From: a virus
Lineage: Duplodnaviria > Caudoviricetes
Strand: one strand, 5' to 3'
Length of the DNA stretch: 64,000 bases
IMG/VR virus record: IMGVR_UViG_3300029305_002795
Coordinates: 460 to 64,459 of that record
In this document: positions 19,824-29,898 of the stretch, piece by piece
Position numbering within the stretch: the first letter of the stretch is position 1
Layout of the letters: each line of letters opens with the position of its first letter
Translations under genes and position numbers: made by a program
The notes under the pieces: model-generated
Seen by the model: only the letters and a program-made list of their open reading frames with translations
Database searches by the model: none
Told to the model about the DNA's origin: nothing

Positions 19824-20695
19824 TGGGTTTAGAACATTTAGTATCAACATCCGAATACGTGCCAGACGTCTACAAAGACGTTAAAGAAATGGACGAGCTT
19901 GTTAAAGCACAAGACCATAATTGGGACATTTTAATTAGTTTAGTAGATAAAGAGTACGCTAGATTTTACATACAAACAAGTGATGAAATCGGTGTGGAAC
20001 GTTTTGAAAGGGTTATGAAAATTACCGCTGACCCTTCCATTGAAACGTTAGAATTTAGAAAAGAACGTTTATTAGCTAGGTCAAACTCAACATTACCTTA
20101 TACAACAATTTGGCTAAGAAATTACCTTAATGCAGTTTTAGGGGAAACAAATTACGAGTTAGACGTTGATTATGACGACTTAATTATTACTTTATACGGT
20201 TTCTTATTGGATTATAGTTGGTCAAGGGAAGTTGCTAACACAATACGTGATATTAAACCTTGTGACGTTGTATTTATTAATATTCCGACATTAATTGAAA
20301 ATATAGAGTTTCAAAAATGGCTGGATGAAAATACTTGGAATAGCGATATTTGGAACGATGAAAATATTTGGAACGAATTTAACATTATTCCTAAAAACGA
20401 ATTACCTAATTATGTAAAACTTCCAGAAGGACATCAAAACACACAAACAATTTTAAATGAGTTAGGAAATATTAGATTAAATAATGAAACAACAATAAAT
20501 GAGCTTGGTATAAGTGTACAAAGTGGAACAATTTATGTAGAGTTTTTAGTACCAGAGGATATAAAACTATTAACCTATGTCGAAGTCCTTGATAAAAAGG
20601 GTGTTACTTTGCTCTATACACCTTGTTATATAGATACTCCAGCAGACACAAAATTAATTATAAGAATTACTTGTTACGAGAAAAAGGAGAATTAG
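19823..20695 (+). CDS. Baseplate protein (DUF2313/XkdU-like) with C-terminal extension
   Basis: Y.PDVY..VKE, G.ERFE..MKI, ETLEFRKERLL, IKPC. Confidence 0.85.
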   Translation: MGLEHLVSTSEYVPDVYKDVKEMDELVKAQDHNWDILISLVDKEYARFYIQTSDEIGVERFERVMKITADPSIETLEFRKERLLARSNSTLPYTTIWLRNYLNAVLGETNYELDVDYDDLIITLYGFLLDYSWSREVANTIRDIKPCDVVFINIPTLIENIEFQKWLDENTWNSDIWNDENIWNEFNIIPKNELPNYVKLPEGHQNTQTILNELGNIRLNNETTINELGISVQSGTIYVEFLVPEDIKLLTYVEVLDKKGVTLLYTPCYIDTPADTKLIIRITCYEKKEN

Positions 20696-20696
20696 C

Positions 20697-21032
20697 GTGA
20701 ACTTAACGACGTTTGAAATATGTATGTTATTAATCGCCGTTTTAGAAGGTGGAATTTTTATAGGTGGTTTAGCTGTTAGTATTAAATTCATAAACAGTCG
20801 CTTAGACCGATTAGAGAGAAACCAAGAAAAAACTTTAAAAGAGTATAAGGAACAAAATGAGAAAAATGTAGCATTGTTAAGGGAAGATATGAAACGCTAT
20901 AACAATGCTATGGAAAGACTTGCTGCAACAGAACAAGCTGTATCATCGTTAAGACAAAGAGTAATAACTTTAGAAGAACTTTACAACACAACTATTGATA
21001 AAATGACTAGCTGTCCTCATTATAATAAATAG
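20697..21032 (+). CDS. Membrane-anchored coiled-coil protein, possible holin-like
   Basis: GTG start; single N-terminal hydrophobic helix then coiled coil. Confidence 0.5.
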   Translation: MNLTTFEICMLLIAVLEGGIFIGGLAVSIKFINSRLDRLERNQEKTLKEYKEQNEKNVALLREDMKRYNNAMERLAATEQAVSSLRQRVITLEELYNTTIDKMTSCPHYNK

Positions 21033-21076
21033 AAAATAATAAACCATAATAAACTTAAAATTAATAAGGAGTAATT

Positions 21077-24000
21077 ATGAAGGAAATTCAAATTTTAAAT
21101 AATGGTGATACACTAAATGCCATAAGAACCAAAATTAACGAAAACTTTGAATTAATGGAACAAGGGGTAGGAGCCGACCCTTTAACCAAGTTTGGAGTGA
21201 ACGAGGGTAACGAAACAAACGGCGTAGCTGACCTTTTGGATATTACTGATGGAACTTTAAATTTCAAAGTTGGTGGGGAATATCCTAATTTAGTAACAAC
21301 GGGCGGAAACGGGGTTACAACTGAAATTGAAAACATTAATCCGCTATATTTAGAAAATTTAGCAGACGGAGAATATACAGTAGTAGTAGATGGTTCTAAT
21401 TCAAATATTACAGACGCCCAATTTTACTCACAATTACTTGAACCGGAAAATGCAAATGATGGGGATGTTTGGTTTAACGGCGAAAATTCCGTTTCTTATA
21501 GTGAAGATACTTACAATATAACACCTCAAACACGCCAATCTATCAATATAAATTGCATGACCAATATCGGCAATTTATATGTAGCCGCTGGACAAGGAAA
21601 GTTTATCTTAACAAGCGAAGACGGCGGAAAAAATTGGACTGAGAAAGAACTAACAACAACAGAAACAGATATTAATTTTGTTGCTTGTCTTGTTCACGAA
21701 AATATATTTCAGTTAGTTAGCTCAACAGGCATTATACACACTTCCACCGATTTAAAGACTTGGCAGAGTCGTGCAATAATTAACACAAATTCGGCAGTTA
21801 CAAATGTTAAAAAGTTAAATGGACGTTACTTCGCAACAACAGCTTCTGGACTGTTAGCTTATTCACCTGATATGTTGGCATTTAATACTTCTAAAGTAAC
21901 AGACTCCATTTCATTAAGAGATGTTATGTTTGCCAATAATACTTATTATGTATTAACGGAGGATAAACGTATATGTCAATCAACAGACTTAACGACTTGG
22001 ACGACACTTGTATCCATCAACGGTCCTACTTGTATGACTGCATATGAAAATGAGAATACTTTGTTAGGCGGAATAAATAGAGTTTATACATTTGACGTTA
22101 TTACCAAAAGTACTAAGGAAATAACCCTCCCCACAACTGGAACGGTTAGACATATTTCAGTAATGCCCGACAAAAGTGTTTTAGTGGTTGGGGATAATGG
22201 TATTTGCGCAATTTCAAAAGACCTTGTAAATTTTGAACAAATTTATTCTTCCGGAGCAAATTTGAAATATGTTCATAACAACTATATTATGGGCACAAAT
22301 GGAACAATTTTAGAATTAACACTAGACGGAAAATGGGTTCCTTACCCTTACATTCCAGTTGGCGAAGTAACAATTTCAGGCGGGGAAGTAACTTACTTTA
22401 CAACTTACCCATATAATTCAAATGGATTATTTGACGCTACTTCAAGTTCTTTTGGTTTATTAAGAACAGCCGCAGTGGTTGACGAGTTAAATTGTCATTG
22501 TTCGGATGCAGTTTTAACTCCAGCTAATTTATATAGCTTAAATAATTACAGAACAATGAATACAGAGTATCAATTGGACGAAAAAGTTGGTTGTCCATAT
22601 CACCATAACTTACAATTAACTTGTATTCAAGCAGGTACAACTTCTAACGAAGGACTTAATACAAGAGGTTCATTAGAAGCTGGTACAACAATTGAAGATG
22701 GAACTGTTATTTGGCAAGTTCAAGAACTTGGTGTTGCTGGTGGCGGTGGATTACCAATGTTTGCTCACATTTGGAGTGACCATATTTACAATGACGCTTC
22801 TTATTTAAGAGCCGATAACTTTTCTTGGCATTCTGGCGGAATGTATATTACAGCCTACGACATTTTAGAAGAACAATATAATCATGAAAAATCAGTTCAA
22901 AAAACAGAAAACGGAATTATATATAGATTAACTCCAGACAATTTTAAAATTGCCGATGTAAGTCAACAAGATAAAATACGTTCTTTATATGAAAATACTG
23001 GCTCTGCTTGGTATTATATTATTGATACAGAAAATAGATGTTTCAAATTACCTCGTGAAAAATATAAAAATACAGACCTCAAAAAATATTTATATTTCTA
23101 TGTAGGTCAATCAAAAAGACCTGAAACAGAAGTTAATTTAGCACAAATGAGTGAAGCTTTAAATAATAAAGTAGATTTAGATGGTGGAAATTATGAAGGT
23201 AGTGAATTAGAAGAATATATAAATGATACTTATTTAAGTGACAAAAGAACAAACTGTATCACAGAAATTCCACAAAGAATAAAATATACTCTTGTTAATG
23301 GTGTATTGACTGTTTTAGCTGGGTCTGTTATGATTGTTCCTTATGGCACAGAAGATTTAACAGCTCAGTATCCAACAGGTTCTACATTTATCCATGAAAA
23401 TTTTAAAGTAGCTGACACATCTTGGGATGGTGAAAGATTCTTTGTTTTAGCAGAAATTTTGAAAGATTTATCTCCAGTTGCGATTGGCACTGATACTAGA
23501 ATGATAATGCTGATGTATGATGGCACTATTAATACTAGCGCATCTCGATATGTTATTTCGGGCACAACTCCTAGTCAATCAACTACTTCGTATAGATGGT
23601 ATGATACAACAACAAATTTAATAAAAGAACATGACGGTACTAAGTGGAACACTAATACTTATCTAAGTTTTCCTTTTATGGTTTGTCAAGCAGATGGCAC
23701 GAATTTTACAAGTGTTGATGAAGTATTCAACGGTATGGGCTACATAGGTTCTACTATTTGGGTAGATAAAGGAGTTAAAGTTCTTATTCCAAATGGTAGA
23801 AATGATGATGGTACATTAAAAAACACAAAGTATAAAACTACTAAAGTTGAAACGCATACTGAGGAACCAATTACATCTAGACAACTAAGATATATTCTAT
23901 TGAATACTCAAAGGGTTCGTGGTAGTAATGTTGATAGAACTTATATACAAGAAGTACCACCACCTCACGACTTATCTGGCACAGGTTGGTTTAATCCAGT

Positions 24001-24460
24001 TGAAAATACTTTTAAATATTATTCAGTCGAAATAAATGATTGGGTTTTAGATAATATAGTTATTATTGGTAAGTTCCTTAACGCACAAGGTGTAATATCA
24101 AACTTCAAACCATATCAACCATTCAGAGCTGTGGATTATAATGACAAAACTGAAGTTAGCAGATGGGCAATGCCTTCAAATAAATATATTGATTTAACTT
24201 TAGGGGCTAGTAGTACCACTTATATCGCTCCTGCTAATGGGTGGTATTGCCTTAGAATAAGAATAACAGAAACAGACAAACAAGGTTCACTAGAAAATCA
24301 AACTACTGGTATATTTTCAAACAGTCATACTCCAGTGGCAAATAATTATAGCTATTGCTATATTCCAGCTAAAAAAGGGGATGAAGTTAAAGTATATTAC
24401 ACTGGAACAGTAAATAGCAGTATCTTTAGATTTGTCTATGCAGAAGGTGAGGTGCAATAA
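21077..24460 (+). CDS. Main tail fibre / receptor-binding protein (multi-domain)
   Basis: 1127 aa after baseplate; beta-propeller-like repeats (TSEDGGKNW, TSTDLKTW), collar-like region, C-terminal TNCITEIPQ...RAVDYND...YIAPANGW module. Confidence 0.85.
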   Translation: MKEIQILNNGDTLNAIRTKINENFELMEQGVGADPLTKFGVNEGNETNGVADLLDITDGTLNFKVGGEYPNLVTTGGNGVTTEIENINPLYLENLADGEYTVVVDGSNSNITDAQFYSQLLEPENANDGDVWFNGENSVSYSEDTYNITPQTRQSININCMTNIGNLYVAAGQGKFILTSEDGGKNWTEKELTTTETDINFVACLVHENIFQLVSSTGIIHTSTDLKTWQSRAIINTNSAVTNVKKLNGRYFATTASGLLAYSPDMLAFNTSKVTDSISLRDVMFANNTYYVLTEDKRICQSTDLTTWTTLVSINGPTCMTAYENENTLLGGINRVYTFDVITKSTKEITLPTTGTVRHISVMPDKSVLVVGDNGICAISKDLVNFEQIYSSGANLKYVHNNYIMGTNGTILELTLDGKWVPYPYIPVGEVTISGGEVTYFTTYPYNSNGLFDATSSSFGLLRTAAVVDELNCHCSDAVLTPANLYSLNNYRTMNTEYQLDEKVGCPYHHNLQLTCIQAGTTSNEGLNTRGSLEAGTTIEDGTVIWQVQELGVAGGGGLPMFAHIWSDHIYNDASYLRADNFSWHSGGMYITAYDILEEQYNHEKSVQKTENGIIYRLTPDNFKIADVSQQDKIRSLYENTGSAWYYIIDTENRCFKLPREKYKNTDLKKYLYFYVGQSKRPETEVNLAQMSEALNNKVDLDGGNYEGSELEEYINDTYLSDKRTNCITEIPQRIKYTLVNGVLTVLAGSVMIVPYGTEDLTAQYPTGSTFIHENFKVADTSWDGERFFVLAEILKDLSPVAIGTDTRMIMLMYDGTINTSASRYVISGTTPSQSTTSYRWYDTTTNLIKEHDGTKWNTNTYLSFPFMVCQADGTNFTSVDEVFNGMGYIGSTIWVDKGVKVLIPNGRNDDGTLKNTKYKTTKVETHTEEPITSRQLRYILLNTQRVRGSNVDRTYIQEVPPPHDLSGTGWFNPVENTFKYYSVEINDWVLDNIVIIGKFLNAQGVISNFKPYQPFRAVDYNDKTEVSRWAMPSNKYIDLTLGASSTTYIAPANGWYCLRIRITETDKQGSLENQTTGIFSNSHTPVANNYSYCYIPAKKGDEVKVYYTGTVNSSIFRFVYAEGEVQ

Positions 24461-24903
24461 TGTTTTTAGGTTATCAAAATGGAAAAATTAAATTTTATAC
24501 AGAACAACCACTAGACCAAACTTTTTATAATCTTGAAAAAGTAGAAGAAACAGATTTAGAATATGTTCTAGATGGTGAAGAATATGTTCTAAAAGATGAA
24601 GCTTGGGAAGAAAAACAAAAGCAAGCAGAAAAAGAACGTATAGCTAAACTTTCATTAACAAAAAGAGAAGTATTCCTAGGACTATATCAGGCAAAACAAA
24701 TAACACCTGATATGATTAAAGCACAAATTACAGACCCAGCAGTATTAATCGAATTTGAATACGCTAACGATTATTACCGAGGTAATCCATTAATTGATGT
24801 AATTGGAAACACTTTAGGAATAACAAGTGAACAACTAGATAAATTCTTTGAAACAAATGACTATACAACTTTATTAACTTCGGAAGGAGAAGTAAATGAG
24901 TAA
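24460..24903 (+). CDS. Putative tail fibre chaperone A
   Basis: Follows fibre; paralog of 26147-26602. Confidence 0.7.
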   Translation: MFLGYQNGKIKFYTEQPLDQTFYNLEKVEETDLEYVLDGEEYVLKDEAWEEKQKQAEKERIAKLSLTKREVFLGLYQAKQITPDMIKAQITDPAVLIEFEYANDYYRGNPLIDVIGNTLGITSEQLDKFFETNDYTTLLTSEGEVNE

Positions 24904-26147
24904 AGATATAAATTTAACAGAAGGGGCAGTAACAGAAGTTCTTAATGATAAAGTAGATATAGACTTTCAAAATGTTCCAAGTAATTCAGTAGGTTTTGCT
25001 AGATGTAGTACAGAAGTAACAAATTGTAGTACAGAAATACCGCAAAACATTAAACTTGATTTGACTGGTGGTGTTTTAACCCTAAAAGCTGGTTCTAAGG
25101 TTATTGTGCCGAATGGTTTTGAAGAAGATGGAACTACAGCTAAGTTTAATGAAGTGGTTATTGAAAGTGATATTGTTATACAACAAGCCACAGGAATTAC
25201 AAATACTGTATTTATGGCTTGTGTTTTTATCCAAGATGGAATTGCTTCTGGAATAGAGAGGATAAATTATTGGGAAAGTGGAAATGGTTCTTCTTATGCA
25301 AGAACTTGGGAACTATATTATAATACCGCAACTAATAAATGTTATACAGTTGATTCAGGTGCAAATACAGGTAGAACATTAAGTTTACCAATAGCATTAA
25401 TGAAAAATGACGCAAATGGTATTTGGACTTCTATTAACCAAACTTTCAATGGTATAGGTTACATTGGTTCAACTCTTTGGATTGATAAAGGAGTTAAAGG
25501 ATTAATTCCAAATGGAAGAAATGAGAATGGAAGTTTAAAGAATATTGAATTTATCACCAGTAATGTATTAACTTATCAAGTTAGTGCAAATGCCAATAAT
25601 ACTCCAATAAGATTGGATGGTAATACAATAGCTGGCGGTGTTTTATATTATGATAATGAAAAAAAATATTAATTATATTACAAGTTCTGGGGTTAATTTA
25701 AGACGTACATTTGCATTGGTTGGAACAGTGAGCGCAGATAGTAACGGAATAATTACTTCTTTGAATCCTAAAACAACTTTTAGAGCGGTTGATTATAATG
25801 ATTTTCAAACATTAAACAATAATGCACTTTTGGATAGTGATAAAAAAACGATTACTAGCTGGGGTTTTCCATCAACTAACAATAAAACCTTTACATTAGG
25901 TTCAAGTGGGGCAACGTATACAGCACCCGATGATGGTTGGTTTTGTGTTTCACTTGACACTAAAGGCTCTGGTTGTTACGGTGCTTTTTATAGAAATAAT
26001 ATATTGATACATCACCAAGAAACTGATAAACAAAATCAAACTTTTTGTATTTTTGCCCCTTTTGCAAAAGGAGATATTTTAAAAATTAGTTACGCAAATA
26101 TTTCATTACAATCTTTTAGATTTTATTATACGAAAGGAGTAATATAA
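24896..26147 (+). pseudogene. Second tail-fibre tip cassette split by frameshift at A8 run (ORFs 24896-25672 and 25638-26147)
   Basis: Collinear with last ~430 aa of main fibre; removing one A at 25659-25666 fuses the ORFs. Confidence 0.8.
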
Positions 26148-26602
26148 TGTACTTAGGTTATCAAGAAGGTAAAATTAAATTTTATACAGATGAGCCATTA
26201 GACGCTACTTTGTATAATCTTGAAAAAGTTGAATATACGCAAGATGAGTATGTTCTAGACGGTGAAGAATACGTATTGAAAGACGAAGCTTGGGAAGAAA
26301 AGCAAGCACAAAAAGAACGTGAAAGGATTGCTCAACTTTATCTAACAGGGGCAGACGTTGAGCGTGGAATTTACCAAGCTAAAGGTATGGACTTTGAGGA
26401 TATTTTAGCTTTTGTAACTACTAACCCTCCAGAAGGATTGGACATTAAAGCATTGAAAATTGAATTAAAAGCAAATAATTTTTATCGTGGAAATCCGTAT
26501 GTTTCAGCTATTGGACAACTGTTAGGGTTCACAGAAAAACAACTAGACCTATTCTTTGAAACTAATGATTACACTGTTTTATTACCAGTAGAAGGAAAAT
26601 AG
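26147..26602 (+). CDS. Putative tail fibre chaperone B
   Basis: LGYQ.GKIKFYT..PLD and YVLDGEEYVLKDEAWEEKQ shared with 24460-24903. Confidence 0.75.
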   Translation: MYLGYQEGKIKFYTDEPLDATLYNLEKVEYTQDEYVLDGEEYVLKDEAWEEKQAQKERERIAQLYLTGADVERGIYQAKGMDFEDILAFVTTNPPEGLDIKALKIELKANNFYRGNPYVSAIGQLLGFTEKQLDLFFETNDYTVLLPVEGK

Positions 26603-26603
26603 T

Positions 26604-26768
26604 ATGATAAAAAATTTGGTAAAAAAGTTTACTGAGTGGCTTCGTGAATGGGTAGCTATTCTAATAGTAACTGGTACAAGTCCAAGCCATTGGGTTTGTG
26701 TAAAAGTTAATAATTTGTGCGAAAAATTAGAAAATATTTTTAAAGTTTACGAAACAAATGAGGAGTAA
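26604..26768 (+). CDS. 54-aa hypothetical protein
   Basis: AAGGA RBS; fills gap between neighbours; translated by hand. Confidence 0.55.
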   Translation: MIKNLVKKFTEWLREWVAILIVTGTSPSHWVCVKVNNLCEKLENIFKVYETNEE

Positions 26769-26771
26769 TAA

Positions 26772-27032
26772 ATGCAAATAATCGAAACAACAGAATGGAC
26801 TGAAATAACTGCATTGAACGAAGATGATATTTATTATTTACAAGCAAACAGTGATGGAAACGACAGATTAATTGCCGTACCTTGTTATTGGGCTCAACAA
26901 GAAACAAAACCAGTTGACCTAAATACAGACGTGCTTGTTTGTACAGGGTTAAAAATCAAAGCTGGCGTGCCAGTATTCGTTAAAAGTGATATAGTTCCTA
27001 TAAGAATTAACGCTTTAAAGGTTGAACAATAA
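26772..27032 (+). CDS. Hypothetical protein (possible virion protein)
   Basis: GAGGAG RBS. Confidence 0.7.
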   Translation: MQIIETTEWTEITALNEDDIYYLQANSDGNDRLIAVPCYWAQQETKPVDLNTDVLVCTGLKIKAGVPVFVKSDIVPIRINALKVEQ

Positions 27033-27256
27033 TGGAAACTTTGTTTATAGATTTAACAAACAATGTTACAGAAGATTGTATAAGTTTAGTTGAAGTCTCA
27101 AAAGGCAATACACCCCCTAGTGAACCAATAACTGAGCCAGTCGTTAGCGCTAGGGGTGTTGTTACTTTTCCAGAAATTCCTAGCGTAGACGATGACGGCT
27201 TAGTAATATTTCAAAATACTCCGGTTCTTGACGAAACTGGGGTGCTAACTTTTTAG
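27032..27256 (+). CDS. Hypothetical protein
   Basis: Coupled start/stop with neighbour. Confidence 0.6.
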   Translation: METLFIDLTNNVTEDCISLVEVSKGNTPPSEPITEPVVSARGVVTFPEIPSVDDDGLVIFQNTPVLDETGVLTF

Positions 27257-27268
27257 GGAGACAAAATA

Positions 27269-28027
27269 ATGAAAGTAATTAAAAAAATTAAATGTGATTG
27301 TGGGGACTTACAGCACGATTATAATTCCTTAGCAAACATTCCTACAAATTTAGTAATTAAAGACGAATTAAACACGAAACAAGACACTTTGACAAGTGGA
27401 ACGAATATAAAAACAATTAACAATGAATCTATTTTAGGCAGTGGAAATATAGAAATAAAACAAAATGAAGGTGACTACATTCCTTTAGGAGCTTCTTTTT
27501 ATTTTACAAGCGTTCAATCTAATCCTAAATATTTAAAATCAAACGGTCAATGGAATGATGGAAATTTCTATACAACTTTCTATAATTGGTTAGTTGAGGA
27601 AAAAACAACAAACACTTCAAGAACAGATATTAAAAATATAAATGAAACTTATGGTGATTTTGATTTTGTTTTAAACCAAGACGAAAAGACTTTTAGATTA
27701 CCGCTGTTAAATGGTAGTGAAAGTTTAATTAGTGATAGATACGAAGATTTAACTTTTGGGGCAACAGAAACAAAGTATATTGCCCCCGCTAATGGTTGGG
27801 CTTCTTTTTGTAAAGTAGCAACAGCAGTCGGTCAATATATACAAGTTATAGCTGGTGGAATATCTACCAATTCAACATCTGCTACACAAACTCAATGGGT
27901 AAGGGTTATGCACCCAGTTACAAAGGGTATGACTTACACGCTTCAATATACTGCTGGCGGTGATGTTAAATTATCTAGATTTTGTTATGCCAAAAGTAAT
28001 GGCGATTTATATTTTTACGTTGGCTGA
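27269..28027 (+). CDS. Third fibre-related protein (collar-like domain plus YIAPANGW tip module)
   Basis: KQDTLTSGTNIKTINNESILGSGNI; FRLP; DLTFGA...YIAPANGW; ends LYFYVG. Confidence 0.7.
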   Translation: MKVIKKIKCDCGDLQHDYNSLANIPTNLVIKDELNTKQDTLTSGTNIKTINNESILGSGNIEIKQNEGDYIPLGASFYFTSVQSNPKYLKSNGQWNDGNFYTTFYNWLVEEKTTNTSRTDIKNINETYGDFDFVLNQDEKTFRLPLLNGSESLISDRYEDLTFGATETKYIAPANGWASFCKVATAVGQYIQVIAGGISTNSTSATQTQWVRVMHPVTKGMTYTLQYTAGGDVKLSRFCYAKSNGDLYFYVG

Positions 28028-28098
28028 AAATAAAAATCCTAAAGTCTCCCAAGGAATTGAACCTTGGACGCTGTTTAGGTTTCACATAGGAGGACAAA

Positions 28099-28554
28099 AT
28101 GATTCAATGGTATGTAGATGACGAAATTGGAATATTTTTTAGCGAAGAACCAAAAGTTTGTATTAGATACGTTCATGGCGATGAAACTAAGGAAGAAAAA
28201 GAAGAAATCAATAAAAAGCCATTTATAAATCGTACAGAATTAAAGGTACTTTTAATAGATTATGTAGAATCGGAAAAATATGAGTTCACCATTCCAAAAG
28301 ATTATACTTGGGATGGCGCCTCTATTCCTCGTATGTTTTGGAGATTAATTGGTCCAAAAACAGACCCAAGATTTTTAATACCAAGTTTAATCCATGACCA
28401 ATTATGCGAACATCACGAGTATGTAGATGGAGAAAGATATTTTTCCACTTGTGTATTTGAAAGACTTTTATATGTTTCAGGCGTAAATGCTTTTTCTAGA
28501 TGGATGATGAAACATAGCGTTGATAATTACCAAAAGTTTTGTGATTGGAAATAA
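28099..28554 (+). CDS. DUF1353-family protein
   Basis: YTWDGASIPRMFWR...LIHDQLC motif. Confidence 0.8.
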   Translation: MIQWYVDDEIGIFFSEEPKVCIRYVHGDETKEEKEEINKKPFINRTELKVLLIDYVESEKYEFTIPKDYTWDGASIPRMFWRLIGPKTDPRFLIPSLIHDQLCEHHEYVDGERYFSTCVFERLLYVSGVNAFSRWMMKHSVDNYQKFCDWK

Positions 28555-28970
28555 TGAAAATATTACCTGTAAAACCTATACCCTTTGGATATAAAAGTAT
28601 TTTAAAGGATAAATTTTTAAGTGGTGAGTTGCCGTTGACCAAAGGTTTCTATGGCGGGGAACTTTTTAAGGACACTACTGGTAAAAAGTTAAAAACAAAT
28701 TGTACTTTAGAGCACTTACAACCAAAAAGCAAAGGCGGAAGAAATAAATTATCTAATTATGTATTAGCTACGTTAGAAAATAACAATAAACGGGGAAATA
28801 ACCCTCTTTCTTGGTTTATTAATAAAGAAGCAATGGAAGAGTATTTAGCAGAAGTGGATAAAGCCAACATTCCAGAGTTAAAAGGTTATACAGACACAAT
28901 ACGCAAAACAGTAAGCGAAATATTAGAAAAAGAAAAGAAACAAGGAAAGAAACTAAATATTTTAATTTAG
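28554..28970 (+). CDS. HNH endonuclease-like protein
   Basis: TLEHLQPKSKGG...SNYVLA...NNKRGN. Confidence 0.8.
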   Translation: MKILPVKPIPFGYKSILKDKFLSGELPLTKGFYGGELFKDTTGKKLKTNCTLEHLQPKSKGGRNKLSNYVLATLENNNKRGNNPLSWFINKEAMEEYLAEVDKANIPELKGYTDTIRKTVSEILEKEKKQGKKLNILI

Positions 28971-28980
28971 GAGTGATTTT

Positions 28981-29580
28981 ATGAAAATTGGACAAAAAGG
29001 CGAAGAGTTAATTAAATTTTTTGAAGGTTTATACTTAGAAGCCTATAAATGTCCGGCGGGTGTTTGGACTATCGGTTGGGGACATACGGCAGGGGTTAAA
29101 CAAGGGGATAAAATTACAAAACAACAAGCTCAAGAACTTTTTGAAAACGACATGAAAGTTTATGAAGGTCATGTAAACCGTATTGTAAAATTACCTTTAA
29201 ATCAAAACCAGTTTGACGCACTTGTTTCGTTTTGTTATAACTGTGGACAAGGTAATTTGCAAAAATTAGTTAAAGGTCGTAATCACGAACAAATTGCAAA
29301 AACAATGTTGTTATACAACAAAGCAAACGGCAAGGTATTAAAAGGGTTAAAAACAAGACGAGAAATGGAACAAAAGTTGTTTTTAACCCCTGTCGTTGAT
29401 TTTGGAAATGAATTTCAAGTTACTGCTGGTGGATTAAATGTTAGAAGTGGAGTCGGAATTAAAAATAAAATTGTAGATGTATTAAGTAAAAACGATATTG
29501 TTAGAGTATATGAAGTTTCCGGTGATTGGGGTAACATTGGCAAAGGTTGGATTAACTTAAAATACACAAAGAAGGTATAA
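28981..29580 (+). CDS. Endolysin: GH24 lysozyme plus C-terminal SH3b domain
   Basis: FEGLYLEAYKCPAGVWTIGWGHT; LNQNQFDALVSF; LNVRSG...WG.IGKGWINL. Confidence 0.93.
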   Translation: MKIGQKGEELIKFFEGLYLEAYKCPAGVWTIGWGHTAGVKQGDKITKQQAQELFENDMKVYEGHVNRIVKLPLNQNQFDALVSFCYNCGQGNLQKLVKGRNHEQIAKTMLLYNKANGKVLKGLKTRREMEQKLFLTPVVDFGNEFQVTAGGLNVRSGVGIKNKIVDVLSKNDIVRVYEVSGDWGNIGKGWINLKYTKKV

Positions 29581-29739
29581 ATGGACGTTGATAAAGGTAT
29601 TACAACAACAGAGTTCAAATTGTTTAATTGGACAGTATTTAAAATTATAAGAAGATATGAACGAAATTATTTAGAGGAAGTTGAACCACTTTTACCAGTT
29701 ATGGAGGTAAACGTGAACAAAAAAGATGTTGATATGTAA
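29581..29739 (+). CDS. 52-aa hypothetical protein
   Basis: Starts immediately after endolysin stop; AAGG RBS; translated by hand. Confidence 0.5.
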   Translation: MDVDKGITTTEFKLFNWTVFKIIRRYERNYLEEVEPLLPVMEVNVNKKDVDM

Positions 29740-29898
29740 ACCTTTCTCTTTATAACGAATTCACATCACAGGGGGGCTTTGTTCTCCTTTATTTTTGCCC
29801 AATTTTATATTATACTATAACATATTAATCTTGAAACCTAGTAAACTAGGCATTTTTTAAGAGTTTAGTTAAGTAATATTAAAGGAGAATAGTAAGGA

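Noticed and set aside
21077-28027. Diversity-generating retroelement or invertible shufflon for tail fibres
   Set aside because: No reverse transcriptase or invertase; cassettes are co-oriented and differences are not adenine-restricted
28049-28067. tRNA gene or functional attP
   Set aside because: Only a T-arm is present; no matching acceptor 5' strand, D arm or anticodon arm, and no integrase in the window
28554-28970. Mobile homing endonuclease or intron
   Set aside because: Free-standing, interrupts no gene, no intron structure seen
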